Shown one piece after another: positions 25,901 to 40,271 of a stretch of 64,000 bases of DNA (position 1 is the first letter of the stretch; every line of letters starts with the position of its first letter). A program made the translations under genes and the position numbers. Under the pieces are notes generated by a model. That model worked only from the letters and a program-made list of their open reading frames with translations. It was not told the origin of the DNA and ran no database searches. The stretch is taken from NCBI GenBank assembly GCA_000934665.2, contig KZ538037.1, positions 1-64,000 of the forward strand, written 5' to 3'. Source of the DNA: Catajapyx aquilonaris (taxonomy: Eukaryota).

Positions 25901-27217
25901 ATCATGATTCGTTTTAAAATGCTCCAGGGACGCCTTCTCCGCAAAGGTAGAAAGATCGTTAGACGATTTAATAGGCAATTATTCCAGTTTTTATGGCTGC
26001 AAGACGGAAGCGAAGTAGCACTCCCAATTGTGTACACAATCGTTTATTATCTGGACCCGGCATACTCTCGACTGGTTGCTCAATGAACTGCATCGGCAAA
26101 TAAGCTGATTTTTTTTTTCTGGCCGTAAGATACGAGTTCAGATTCGTACCTTCGTATATGGCACTACCTCGATACTTGAAAGGTATGCATGGCAGAAGTT
26201 GGACTTTGGTTCTGGCTGAAATTATTCTGCGATGTCTACATGCCTATAGCATAAGTAAATGTCACCTTATCCATTTGTTCATATAGTTGATAGTTTGTTG
26301 ATTAAGATTTGTTCATTCTATACTCGTGTTAAGAAGTTGAGGAAAAAGAAATGCTTAGCTAAATATGGAATACAAAAGTTGGATTCATGCGACATGTCTG
26401 TGCATTTTTCAGCGAAATGGGTACTAGAGAGGTATTTAATGGGTCATTTATTTATTGTGTGGCACCTTTGTTAGGCCTAGGAGGAATGTAATAGTATCTT
26501 AACGATGAACTGTTAAGCAATAACATTTTTGTGTGCAAATAATTTTTCTGGTGTGTTGCAACTGACATGAAGCGGTAACAAAGTTTCCTGGAGTACACAT
26601 TACCATATAGACAGATAGTGCATATTACAGCAATTGGAATGAAGCTTAGCAGGATTTTACGGAATTAAAAAAATCTCGGAAGTTGGTAGTTCTACATGGA
26701 GTTGCATGACTGATAACAATTTACCTGTATTATTCCCTGGCTGTTGAACTTAACGCTTGAGATCAATATTAGCAATGAAGAATGCTGCAGCCTCGTTCAA
26801 CTGGATGCGCAATGTGAATGTTCTAGAATCTAGATAGTAAGGTTATCGTTGGTCACATTGTGCATTTAGTTGAAATAAGTTACTCAAATTATTAGGATTT
26901 ATTGGTCACTTTGTCGCAGTTTCCATGTTATTTATGATTAATTTTAATGCCCCGATTGTGATAAAGAAATTAATGACTTCAAATCTTGCCAAGTAGGTCT
27001 ACTATAATTATAAAAAAATTCCGTAATGTATCCCACTGTGACGATGATCATATAGCACATATTTTTGTCAGCGCGTTTTTTTGCAAAAATTATACGTTGG
27101 CAATTTATAATACAGCTGTATACACTACCAGTAGGCCATTTGAGGGCTACTGAATAAAAATTCAACATTATTAAAATTTAAAATCAAATTTTAATAACCA
27201 TCACACATATGACATGA

Positions 27218-27285
27218 TTTGATTGATTTTTGATTTATTGTTATACCCTGATGGGCTATTGCCCTTTCGAGGGGACCTCCCCCTT
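27218..27285 (-). mobile_element. Very short 5'-truncated LINE/SINE 3' end
   Basis: TSD catatgacatga (27206-27217) / catatgatatga (27286-27297); minus strand reads ...aaagggcaatagcccatcagggtataacaataaatcaaaaatcaatcaa (stem-loop, AATAAA, simple tail). Confidence 0.7.
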
Positions 27286-27922
27286 CATATGATATGAACA
27301 ACTCTTCAATTTGTTGGAATTTTCAGGAAGATTTGCTGTAATTTTTATGGAACTGTTGCGAGACGGTAATTATAACTAATTACGCTGTCATGCAGTGCAA
27401 ACAATTACCGATAAGTTATGTATACTGTGATGGCTGATATGAAATATTTTACTACTAATTAAACAATGACGATCAATAGAACGTATCCAACGGCATCATT
27501 TATACACTATACAGGATGCTTATATATTATCTTCTATACATTATTGCAGTTAGCCTATATAGCCCTTTACGATTGCAGTCGTTATCATAACTATTAGTAT
27601 ATATTTGAGCTGCGCACCTTGTGAACCACAATAATGGTATAGTGTACAAGCAAGCAATATGAGGAACATTTTCACCAACCTTGTCCACCTACATGGTATT
27701 CTTGTATAGTATTTTAAGATCCCTATAATTTGATCCATCAATTAATAATTAACATATTTTATAGCCGGTGTACAAGGTTCTTCCTATATATACAAAAAGG
27801 ACCTGTACGACATTTTTATCCTAGCATGATGCAACAATTTACTCACAAGAAATCGCCAAAGTATTTCATTGTTTAGATCCGATATACGATATCATCGAAA
27901 CACTTATAAACGGTTATATACT

Positions 27923-28021
27923 TATATCGCTCAAAAACATAAAGACGATTTTGCATTTGACTCAAGTGCAGCCTGCACATGAATCAAATGCAAAACCGTC
28001 TCTATGTTTTTGAGCGATATA
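27923..28021. repeat. 99-bp palindrome with 1-nt centre
   Basis: 49-bp arms tatatcgctcaaaaacataaagacgattttgcatttgactcaagtgcag, 4 mismatches, centre at 27972. Confidence 0.95.
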
Positions 28022-28199
28022 GTACGTACCAGCCCAGCGAGCGATACAATGGCGAGGCCTGCCAATGAGTTCATTGTAAAACAGCTGAAGTCTCTGCTTC
28101 AACAACTCTAGGTATACGATATAGTCTAGTCTCTAGTGTATATCAAGACTAAATATTATTATATAATAACACTATAATTATAATCACTATATAGGCCTA

Positions 28200-28385
28200 G
28201 AGGGTGTTTTCTAAGTTGGCAATCCGAATAGTGGGTACTGGGAAGACGATACAAAGGCGGCGGCATGTGACAATAAGGTAAAGGAAGACATTGAACTAGA
28301 GTTCGAATGCGGACCAGAAGTGACTAATTTGTCAACTCTCCTCTGTTACCCCTCTCGGAATGTCAACTTGGCCAGAGACACCCTC
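28200..28385. mobile_element. MITE family A-related copy 3 (TA TSD)
   Basis: TA|gagggtgttttctaagttggcaatccga ... tcggaatgtcaacttggccagagacaccctc|TA; internal gtgactaatttgtcaactctcct resembles the family A motif. Confidence 0.75.
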
Positions 28386-31300
28386 TAAAAATACTAGGTC
28401 TATATTCACGTTGAAATTTTTCAGTCATATCACCGATTTTACAGTGTACAGTACTCGTTGACTCTTGATCATTGTAATTGTTAAATCATGGTGGTGGTCA
28501 AGAAAGAGACGCTGCTCGCTGAAGCTTATTATTTTATCTGTGCATAGTTTCGACCAATATTATAGGCTGCAAAATGGCCACTGCTATACAACTGCATTTT
28601 GGATGGGGATATTGTCACCTGCCATAGCATACTGTATGTGCATCTATACTGCATAATTTATCTCTGGAAGATATTAGTTCCATGAATGTTTAGATCCTAC
28701 ATCATGCGATATTATTGTAGTTCCAAATAGTATTATATGAGACATCATTTTTGTGACCTATACCGAAGGTTTGACATCTATACTAAAACTATGTACGATA
28801 AAGAGTGACTTATTTTCTCTGCATAACAAAGATAATCGTGCAAAATAAGTCATGTAGAGTCAAATAAATTTTTATAGGGGTGATTGTAATGGAACCATAA
28901 GTTATTCCGAAACGCCCTCGGAGCATTATATTTCGATATATTATGATGTCTGTGTCATTTCTATTTATGATGTGACTTTTTCAACATCCGTCACTGTTTA
29001 AAGTTAATTGGGTGCTTATGAATGACAATGTTACCTTTAAGTTTTCTGCAATATACTCCGACTTTTCCCGAAAAATCTGAATGCAAAGATGTCAGTAGGC
29101 TATCAACCGATGAAGTCATAACGGAATGCATGCAAAAATCTACAGCATCCATAAGAACAGTCTTGGCGGTTTGCGTAATGTGTGGCAGTGCAATCCGCTC
29201 TGTTATTCAAACGAGATTTTTGTATTTCTACTAAACTGTCCCTTAAGCATTATTATGCTCTTCTCGAAACTGTGTAATACTCTTCCTCCTTTACGTATAA
29301 TTTACTCATGGTTATACCCCTGGATCTGTTTATTCGGCAATATTCACAACAGATCATTATTGCATGCGATATAGCCACCATTTGCATCAAAAAACATGCG
29401 AGGAGTGTTTTTATAACATACCAGTGATTCTCAATCGCGGCCAACTTAGGCAGGTTAATAGGCCCATGGCCAATACTTAGGCATTTGGTAATCGAGAAAA
29501 AATGTTCGTCATTGGCCTGGATATATAAGAATGAAAGAAAGGGTTTCTATATTTGCTGTTGAAATTGTTGCCCAACAGCGGACTGCAAACCAAGATTTCA
29601 GAATAACCTCTTTGTTAAATTGAATTTCTCACAATTGCTATTGGTGAGAAAACTGTTACTTATTTTTAACAGGCACAAGTTATCATTGGATAGATTAATT
29701 GCTAATTGCATTTTTTCAGAGCACATTAACTTGAGTGTTCTTTGCTTATAGAAGCAGTGATAATAACTGCAAGCGATTATGTGAAATGGCATACGTTATT
29801 ACCTATTATTACCGGAAACTTTTTTTTTGTCTACAGATTCTGGCGTAGGTTTTGTGACCAGAAGCCAATTACCTGCTGTAATTCGACGAGGTCAAAATTC
29901 ACTGATGACGATCTGAATAGGGGGCTGTGAAAACTACTAATAATGATAATCAGTGTCGTGCCTCAGGATGCCTCACCCCGGCTACTTTCTTCATTGGCTT
30001 TTATTTACTCAACTCATTTACAGCCCCTTAGACCCGTTACACGATGAATTACAACCGTCGGAAATCTCCCATCAATTCTCAGTGGTCGTTTAAGCATGGA
30101 AATTAATTCTTAATTGATTTAATTCATTGTTACAACCAGTGCGTCATATATTTTTCCGACGATTAAAACTTTCAAACCTCTTTCACAGGATACGAAGCAG
30201 TATATGGAAAACTGGTGGGTCACCCACTCTTGTCTGTTGGGACCGCTTTATGGCACCCCCTCTTTGTATCGTTTAAAACACGAACATTAATGAAATGGCT
30301 AGACCGGGAGAAAGAGAGTGTGAGCTATATAATGATTGAGATAAGTAGCCGAGCACAATTTGATTCCTACTGGTACATCCTGTGTAAAATTCCGTGCGCA
30401 GGGTAATGCACCAGGTGTAATTATAGGTGGATTGCCAAAAGTAGGAAAACAAGGCTTATACCCCCGGCGCTTTTTACGTTCTCCGCATTAAAAATTGCAG
30501 AAACTTTAGCTCGTAAATGAAAATACGCCGGCATTAGCTGGAAAACATCCTGTATTTACAGGCCTCCTAAACCCCAGATCTGAGACCCATCTCGGCTATT
30601 TATATATTCGTATTACAGGAAGATGGGCGTTTATTGGGTTTTATACTACTGAAATCTATTGCATTGCATGCCGTAAAAGTTTGATGTGGAATATAAGGTT
30701 ACATTCTGAATACGTATAACGGAACATTGTCTACAAACGGAGGATTCTCCTCCCGTTAGTTTATATAGAACGTATAGGCAATTTTAGGTCGCCAATTATG
30801 GCCTTATCCGCCCCTTTAAAAGATTCCTGCTACGTTTACTCTAATTGAGCCTAATTAACGGGGTTTTATGCAACACTTTTACTCACACACGTTGGCAATA
30901 ATTTTGGAAAGTTTACAAAAATGGGTGTAACACCTCCATTGTCTACAATCTCTTGCAATAACGCTCATCATCGAATAAATCTCATCGATTTGGGAAATGT
31001 CGGACACATGTACAAAGTTTGTGATATTTTCGACAAAACTGACGCCAAAAACTTTCCATATTTGTTTTAAATTGTATTAACTTTCATATTGCATGATATT
31101 TATATATAGTTTGCTTATATGTTGTTGGATTATATCCTGGCCAACTCTATATATAAAGTTTCGGACCGGCTTATTCAGCTAATGAGGGTTTGCGTTGCCC
31201 AGTGCAGGAATTTCCGAATAGCTGATCAAGGCAGTATAATAGTTTAATCCAGGAGATATTAGTTAATGTTTTCCTTCTTGATGCCCAATAAAAAGTTTGA

Positions 31301-32373
31301 TAACTACCGCTGAAATAACAACATAAATCATGCAACTTGGGGAGGCGGCAGGACAGTTTACGAGGTGCGCATCATCTTCGTCTATTCCTTAAGCCTTCCA
31401 CCAGGGTAATATCCTTGGCGAAATGAATGAACTCTCATCACAACCTGGCAAAACTCCATTAAATTTCCAAGGCCTTGGCAAAGTTAGTTGCCGAAGAGGT
31501 TTGTAGGAGGTCCTTAATTACATGCGTGCATAATTTCACAGATTACAGAATTTGGAGGCTCCCTTTTCCATGATTAACTGATTAAATTAGTTGCCTTTGT
31601 GCAGGGATATTAGCTTGGTAACGTTTGAAAGTTTTTCGAACACCAGCAGGGTTAGATATGCGGAAAATAATGAGGTTTAGATTGTGAATGCATCCATCAT
31701 TTTATTCATGAAATGAGACGCTCATATACTCATAATTTGGTTCATGAATGCATGTTGTTATAATAATTTTGATAGTGAAGAATTGTTGCTGAAGCAACAC
31801 GAGTGTCTGGAATGGCAAATTGATAAACTAGAATTATATCCATGTATAGTTTGCGATGCGAAGAAATAGCATTTCAGGTGTAAGGAGTCAGCAAACATCA
31901 GGAGGAGAAAAACATGCGAGCATGAGGCTTGTGAGTTATGTGCAACGGAAAGGCAGAGTTTTCGTTTATATTCGTAATGGCATTAGAAACCAAACATGTT
32001 CGGAAAAAGTGAGAAGAGAGCTGAACGTCTGAGATGCAGTTAATCTGCTTCCCTTCATCACTGGACACTTAATAATTTTTAGGCTCTTGTGATGTGAAAA
32101 TAGTGATGGAAGGTTGAATATTTTTTGCTATGAAGTGGGGTTAACATAGGCTGGAAGTAACTTCTCCAATATCTTTATTTTTAATACATTTGAGAAATAC
32201 ACTATACAAAATGTTACCTTCAGACAAATCAATAATGGATGTGACAAAAACAGTTATCACTTATACTACCCCTTTTGCAAGACAATGCGACGACGACGAG
32301 GTAACTCAATTAAATAATTCTGACCACGGTTTGAGTGTTAAAAGATGCTTCACTGTCTTGCTGGTTGAAACTT

Positions 32374-32773
32374 GGAGTAATGCCCATCCACGTAAGAACT
32401 GCCCTTTGCAGTTAGATACTGTGCCGTGCGTCCTTCTCCGGAAATTCAAGCTTTTAAAAATCCATCAAGCAGTCCAAACTATGGTCCAGATCTTGCACCG
32501 AATGACCTTCACTTATTTCACCACCTACTAAGCCATTTTGGCAGCTGAAAATACTGCATATGGGATTTCCATAAGTCTGAGGCGGAATTGGTTAGCGGTC
32601 ATATCAGGCAGACACAAAATGGCTTACAAAAGCTGGCACCATAGTTCTAAAAAGGTTTCGATCAATAGGTTTGTGTAAGGGGATAGCCTAATTAACTAAC
32701 GATACGTGTTTAATTTTGTGGAAACTGATTACGGCCAAACAGTACTTGCTCTTGTAATGCGAAAATAATTCGT
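32374..32773 (+). pseudogene. Decayed mariner transposase C-terminal fragment plus 3' end
   Basis: 32480-32518 translates YGPDLAPNDLHLF (mariner YSPDLAPSDFHLF motif); 32621 onward gives GLQKLAP*F*KGFD (cf. GIQKLVPRWQKCID); upstream GVMPIH; contains stops and frameshifts. Confidence 0.85.
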
Positions 32774-33293
32774 CAAGAAGCTGCCACGTCAATCATTTAT
32801 CTAACCACAAAGTAATGACATTTGGACTATGATTATTCCAGTCTTGCAACCGGTTTTTGAAAACGATTATGATGAGAGACTCAGGCAGTATAACCATTCC
32901 AATTCATTTGGGGACAATCAAAATTCGATTTAGAAGAACCCCTGAGTTTGTATACCATTATATTCTCTCGGCGATTCATGACGTTTGAATAATTTATCAA
33001 TAACAAGTTTCACTTATTGTGATAGGCCGTAACATATAAGTGCAACCTTCTACAAGTACCTCTGAGGTCCCGAGTTTTCCCGAGAACTGTTCTAGATCTT
33101 TTTACGTAACTCGCTCGTCCACGAACAGGAAGGGTGACGGGGAGGTGTAAATAATGCAAGGGAAAGGTCTCTAACTTCCATTTTGTGCATATACTCCTGG
33201 AATGGAAATCCCACCCGAGACAAAGCCGGAGACGACCCAACTCATCACAAGATGAAAGGGGGTAAAGGCTAGGTTTGAGATCAATCTCAGGAC

Positions 33294-33443
33294 CAAGGAG
33301 TTAACCACTTTGGTACTCCGGTGTACACCTGCAGTGGTACTTCCAGGTACTCCTTATGTGACTTACTCTTGGGTAATCCTTGGTACTCCTTGAATTTGGT
33401 ACTCCAGTGCGGTACACTTTACAGTCGAGTGGTTAACCCCTTG
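33294..33443. mobile_element. hAT-superfamily MITE (150 bp) with 8-bp TSD
   Basis: TSD ctcaggac at 33286-33293 and 33444-33451; TIRs caaggagttaaccact / agtggttaaccccttg; internal ggtactcc repeats. Confidence 0.92.
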
Positions 33444-35523
33444 CTCAGGACCTTTCAATCCATGAGCATCACTTACATTACCGCAGCACCAGCGTCTACG
33501 CACTCAGTGTCGTATAGCATAGTATTTTTGCTGGGAGGAAAACTGATTCGACGTGCGCGAGTAATTCATAGCCTCAGTGCAAACTGGTACATGTAACTTA
33601 TTCGTCATATTCTGATGAGAAATATCGTACATTACGAGAGTAAAAAGCCTCGTTACTATAGTCTACTATTAAAATATTTTGTTCCGATCTTTTGAAGCTC
33701 ATTTGGCAGAATATGGGACACTGCTTGTGATGGCCGCTATGGCTGTGGAACTGCGATGATTACATCACAAAAGGTATATGCCAAGGTTGATTTTTAAATT
33801 AGTTGGACGCAACATCCGGGAGTATAAAATTTGGAGACGCGTGTATTGTTGCGCGAAAGGGTCATATATCCTATTTAAATTTCTCTATTGTATGTGTGGT
33901 TTTTAGCAAAATAAACATCACTTACCGTGTATAGAAAACATTAATATGGCTATCAACAGTTTAATTGCATGTATGATGTGACGTTCAAATAACATCAACA
34001 TTTGTTTTACGTTATATTGAAACACCATATGTAGCGACGGTAACGTCTGTTAGTGTTCACCTGAATGGTTATATAATCATCACGGCTTTTCCCTGTAAGT
34101 GGTAACCAGAAGTTGTCACGGGTGATACCGTGATGTTCATCAAGGCGGCTGTGCCATATAGCATCACTGCTATATTGGGTTGACCCTGCCCAACTGCGGA
34201 TAACTCGATCGAGTTCGTTACTTCTTGTATAGTTGGGGGACATGCAAGGTTACTTAATGTGTAACTTGAGAGTATGTCAGGATTATTATTGGTTCGTCGA
34301 CCAAAATTTGAAGGCCACAATTATCACTTGATAAAAATCTGATGCCTGATAATATATTATGACGTATGAAGAACTTGGGCTTCATCACACATGTATACCC
34401 ATCGACCTCACCAAATGATACGAATAGTGGAATGCCCCATTAGAAAAAGAACCCAACCCCGTCCTGAAAAGTTGGTGGGGGTACCATTTTTAATTTTGAA
34501 AGTATTTTAAATACGTACATGCGTTGAAATAAATTTCTAAAATATAAGGGCTGTGTCATCATGAAGTGTAATTTTACACCGATAGGATGTGCTGCAACAT
34601 GTGCTGAATGGCACGCAATTATGTATTTTGGAGTTGAGCTCTTGTTCTGTTAACAAAGGAATTGATTCTTTGTTTTGCTGAGCAAACTATATGAAAATAA
34701 ACAAGAGAGTACTTGGACAACTTTGTGCAAATCCATTTTTTCCGTCTTAGTCATGTTATAGTAGCCTACTATATGCTTCTCGCCACAGAGCGGCGACACT
34801 GTCCTTGGGAACATTAGAATTAGGCACATTAGTCTACTATAAGATTGCAGAGGCAATATTCTTTCACAATATCATAGATCAATGCAAAACGTACAATACC
34901 GTTTATTAAGTTTGAAAAACTTCCATAAAAGCAGTAGGAGGAATTTCACCGGGTGAACTCACACAATAATCAGATTGTCTGTATCATCAAATAATAATTT
35001 GGCAGACATTGGCGGGTAAAAGGAAATTTTAATATCAGGTTTATTGGCAGGATATCTTGCAAAAATTTAGCATCTCAACTCTGACTCTCCCCTTTGAAGT
35101 ATCTGTCAAAGAACGTTTCAACCAAACGTACACCCTCATGACACATGCAGCCTTCAGCGCTCCAGATGTTTATTCTTGACATTCTTCAGAACGACAGCCC
35201 AACAAGAGCAACAAGGGAAAAATTGTGTGCCATTCCGTACATGTAATACATGTTGTCGATTTTAATTCGCAAGTAACGATAGCAGGGCCCTTCCGATCAA
35301 ATGAAAACAACTTCTGTAAGTGCGGCGTAATTGTATTTAAAAGTGCAATTTTTTCCTGTACCCCCACCATTTTTAATGATTCAGCCATTGTTTCATTGGG
35401 CCATGCCATTTTATTTACTCTTGAGAATGAGAAAATATTTATTTTGCGGAAATGGAAGGTTCATCTATAGAAGCACTGTTCTCTACCAAGCATGAACAGC
35501 AAAACAGGTCCTAATTTGTTGTA

Positions 35524-35730
35524 CAGGGTGGTGGGAAAGGTGAGCACTTCCTCTGAATTTATAGGCTTTTTGCGAATTTCTAAGGCGTAATTACCCCAGT
35601 TGATTTTGGTGATTTCAATTCATTACGGAGAAATAAGCATACTCGTGCTGTACGGAGACTAATGACATCTTTACGAAAGTGATCTTATGGTGCCCAGGAG
35701 ATCACTTTAGTTTCTGAATCGAACACCCTG
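35524..35730. mobile_element. TA-flanked MITE with short CAGGGTG termini
   Basis: TA|cagggtg ... caccctg|TA; similarity beyond the termini is weak. Confidence 0.55.
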
Positions 35731-37240
35731 TATAGACCCAACGTTTATAGTAATTTCATATCTTAATGATGAGTCTCGTGTTTAATAGGGGAGTTTGAAA
35801 GAGATGGGAGTAAGTGATCATATACGTATATGAATATCATGCACATTGCTGATGGCAGCATATTCGATCAGACAAACTCCTTCAACAGCAAAGTCTTCTT
35901 GAACAGAAATTCTTTTGGGCTGTCTTGTATCATGCATTTTTCCGCATCTTATATCATGGTGCGCAGTTGACTTGACAACAATGTGGACCATATTGATTGA
36001 ACCCCTGAAGCGAGGGAAAAGGGGAAGAGATATGAGCCCAAATGCGAATGTGTTGACTCTGCTATAGGCTCTGCATTATGGAAGGGGGTCGCCTCCCAAC
36101 TTCCAATACCCTCCCGGCTTCTCCATTAAGATGCGAGGCCGCAACGTAAATTTCCTTATTGGCAAGCCCGAGTTTTACGGCATCAGGGGTAGAGATGAAA
36201 TTCCCTGGCTTCATCCGAAATGGCGGCGTATTCACCGGCGGCTCCCCGAGGGAATAAGCTTATAAAAGTTGCAGAAAACTGGAGCGAATTGGTTCCACCT
36301 TACCCAACTATAGTTCACTTGCAGACCGATTCCTCTGCTCTTATTTTATGTATATAGCGACTTGCTAATCAAAATCCTGGGGGTTATCTACTAGATGAGT
36401 TGCGATTATAGTGCACGTAACAGCGTCAAGGTTAAATAGAGGAGTCATCATTATGTCATTATCAGGATGGCTATTCCAGATTGAAAGTAACACTTTTAAG
36501 AGAAATTTGCAATAATGATGGTGGTGCTATTTACAGATCCCATAATTGTTCAAGGGTAGAAGAACTTATTACCATCAACCAGTTTAAGAAGCAACACTCG
36601 CGACAAGTGAATGTGACCCTGATTGTATTGCCAACTGAATATTTCCCCTAAAAGTGGTTGATGAGGTAAACAATCCATAACTTTTCTTCTGTATACAGTA
36701 TATATACTATACCCTCTTGAACTTGGGACATGGGCAGATCATCACTCTGGAGAATGTTTACGCAAGACCTAATGAGAACTTTTGTGGCATCTCCAAGTAA
36801 TGAATATAAATTAAAATAATGACAGTATTTAAATGATAAGTTTGACTTTACTTTAAAATATTGGTAAATATATCAGTTTTGGGGGTGTTTTTGTACAATG
36901 AACCGCATGACATGATTGGACTGTGATTTGTAAGCTTGTTGTGCTTGTTGTACGAGTTTTACCTTTGGGAAGTATTATATAAAACATGTTATCTATTCAA
37001 TATTACATCATGCATAGGAAACATGAGGTTGTACTATTCGCTTCTATGAAATATTCGCATAAACATCGACATGCGTCTTTTGCAAAATAATTTAATCAGT
37101 CAGGTTCACCGATAATTGGTAAATATCTTAATGACAGCGGAGCCAACCTCATGTCAATGACGTTGTGGTGAATAAAATATTGTGCCATTAAGAAAATACA
37201 TCATTGCACCCCACTAATCTTGCGATTAGTTCTACGCATA

Positions 37241-37472
37241 TGAATTTGAAAATGCAGAACAACTAAGTCACGGGTTACGTATTCCGTATACTGCCAGTGG
37301 TTTTTAAGTATGTTTTCTATTGTAGAGTTATTACAGAAGTGCAGAGAAATGTAATGAAGAAAGAGATCCTATACGAGTACAAGGGATGATGCAATCTTCA
37401 CGCTTTAGACTGTCATAATTATCTCGATGTGAGTCAAATGTGACTCTGGTCGTCCTGCATTTCAGGTTTTCA
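37241..37472. mobile_element. MITE family B, copy 2
   Basis: TA|tgaatttgaaaatgcagaacaactaagtcac ... aaatgtgactctggtcgtcctgcatttcaggttttca|TA. Confidence 0.75.
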
Positions 37473-40271
37473 TATGAATCTCTTTGCATCTGCCACCGTG
37501 AATAATAGTCTACTACTCTAATCACTCTCAGTTCAAATGTCAGGATATTGGAATTTTATTCGTTTAATATCAAGAACTCCATAATATTGATAACTTAATT
37601 AAGCAGAAAAATGGTGGCATATAGGACTGATTTCGGCATATCGCATTGGATTTCGGCTTTCATTTTTGGAGTGTGCAAGAATAATATATAGCCTCGGTAC
37701 CTGGTCTGAAACGAGAAGCTCAGAAGTTTCACCTAATGACACTAATATTATGAAGATCTTGGTCTGAAGGGTACTACAGTATTTAGCACTTTTGTCCGGC
37801 TGTTTGATATTGAGAAAATAAATTCTGAACATTCGCAAAAATGAACGATATTTTTGCTAGGAATTGTAAGTGCGTGCTTTTGAGTTGTAATGAAATATTA
37901 ACTGACGGTTGCGTAAAAATGAGCTTCATTTTTGGACGGTATCCTGAGCATAGGCAACCAACATGGTTTATTTCACTATAATTTAAAATTAATATAGATC
38001 ATTCCATTTTTACTGTATCACGTGCCCGTCTGTGCCAAAGAAAAAAACTTATACACCTTTTTACCGCACACGGTCAAAGTAGTTTGAGTCAAAAACTTCA
38101 AAAATGGCAAAATGATAGCAATAAAGACAACATTTTCATAATACTGTAGCACTCTTGAGAGCAAAAACTGAGCTATACGTTTCATAAAACTGATATACCT
38201 ATGTGATAGACCTATACTGTGTTATCACCAACTTTCACTGATATAACTATGATGCCACTTTTTGAAATTATTGGATCAAATCAATATTAGTGTTTTTTGG
38301 TTAAACTTATTTAAATGAAAATTCCACTCTAATGATGGTAGACCGTCTTGCCTATTTTTCAACGTAGTGACATTCTTGAACGTTTCACAGCCCCGTTGGG
38401 NCTGGTTTTAGTGTTGGTCACACCGCTGCGCTGGGTGCAAGATCAGTACTGCAGGGTATTGTGAAGGGGGGTTTCAAGCTGGTTTCAAGACTTGCAGCAA
38501 TTGATAAATTAGCTACATGTATATTAACCGGATATCTCCTTCAATGGGAGGGGTATTCCTGAAACTTGTCTGATAGTGAGACAAGGGCATGAAGTACTAG
38601 ATTCAGAAAAATGATTAAAAAAAGTTAATGATGCATGTGCATTCTTAATCTCAGTTGAGGTAATTGTACTTGATAAACTATCTATAAGAAAGGAAAACTT
38701 CAAATTACTGATTTTGTCTTATTAATGGGCTAATTCAGACAGAAAATATATATTGTACACTTCATTCTGCATCATGTTTTTTTATTCGTTACACATTATC
38801 CATGAAAATGTTTGGGCAGGTTAAAATGCGCCAAATTACAAGCAGTCGAACAAAGCATAGTCCATCAGCTAACGTTAATTAATGGCGGTAAGAATTTAAA
38901 AAATTGAATCTTGCACTTCCTGATAATCGACAATTAATTTGAGAATTCCTTGGTATCACTTCATTTTACAGCCAAAGCTGACTGAAAAGCTATATATGGT
39001 AATCGTCACTTTATATGCTATCTTTGTTGTTATGTGCTTCGAGGGACAAGTGCATTGCCCGTGATGATCATCAACTTCTATCCAGTTCATTGGCTTGTGA
39101 ATATATCCCAGTATAGGCCTACTGTGAAATATTCATGACCGCATAGAAATAGTGTCCGTCTTACATAACAATAGCAACATTAATTTTGGCCCAAGTACTA
39201 CTCAGTTGTGACATTATTTTGTCTTCTACATGGATTGCATATAGAATTGACAAGGCGATACGGCTGATGCTTGGCTGAAAACCACTGACATCTGTTGATA
39301 CCAAAACGCACCAACATGCTGGATACGCACTATAGACACGCACTCTTTAAAAAAAAGTCACGCCGGCATTTCTGCCGTAATTAGTCTATACATAAGGGCA
39401 TAGGATGTTAGCAACACCTCACCCCTTTCGCACGCGCTAATTAAATGAATCGGTATCACGGGTAGTGGCGCATTTGTGACCACCCTTCCTGTACACCGGG
39501 GAAGGGAAATTGGATTATTTCAGGAAGGCTATTATCCTGGCCTCATTAACATTTCGACTTCTGATATCACCTATTAGGCCTAGGCTTTGAAATTACCAGG
39601 GGATCTTGCGCCTCCCCGATAACTGTGGGTCGTAAGTGAAGCAAGGCGGAGGAATAGAATTGAAATCCGGGGCCTCCGGGATTATCTGCAAGGAGCAGAA
39701 AGGGTGGGAGGAGGGAGGGAATGACGCTGGTGTTGGAGGGGAGGGGGGCATTTTAATGCTTGCTATTCCTTCAAGAGGACTATGGTGTGCGGTAATGGAG
39801 GATTGACTGAGGGGAAGTTGGGGGGGAACTAGGGTGGAAAGATGGAGCTGGCAACTATGCAGCTTCCCCTCCGCCCATGTCCCGGATGATTAGGGGCGCC
39901 ATTGGTGGGCCAGGTGGTGTGGCCACGCGGCTCCATTGGTGCTCGGGATGCAATTTGGTTGAGAGCAAGCGCACTTTGTGCTGCTGGCTTAGAGGGAGGC
40001 TGATGGCTGGCTATCCCAAGTCTGCACTGTTGCCACCCGGAAACTGGTCCAAAATCGATATCTCCACGCTGCGTATTATTATATTCGGTGTGTCGGCATT
40101 GGTAGTTAGGTAGCAGTGTAATATGAAAATAATATGGGTATTCAATATGCAAATTCGTAATACATAGGATATTTGCTTCAGACCTCTCACCTCATGGGAT
40201 CAGAGGACTGGACACTTCTGTCCACATAAGTGTAATAAGTATGAGATGGCAAAATGTTACTGTCATGCATA

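Noticed and set aside
33294..33443. Short interspersed repeats resembling a mini-CRISPR
   Set aside because: 8-bp units with irregular spacing inside TIRs and an 8-bp TSD indicate a hAT MITE; no cas genes and a eukaryotic context.
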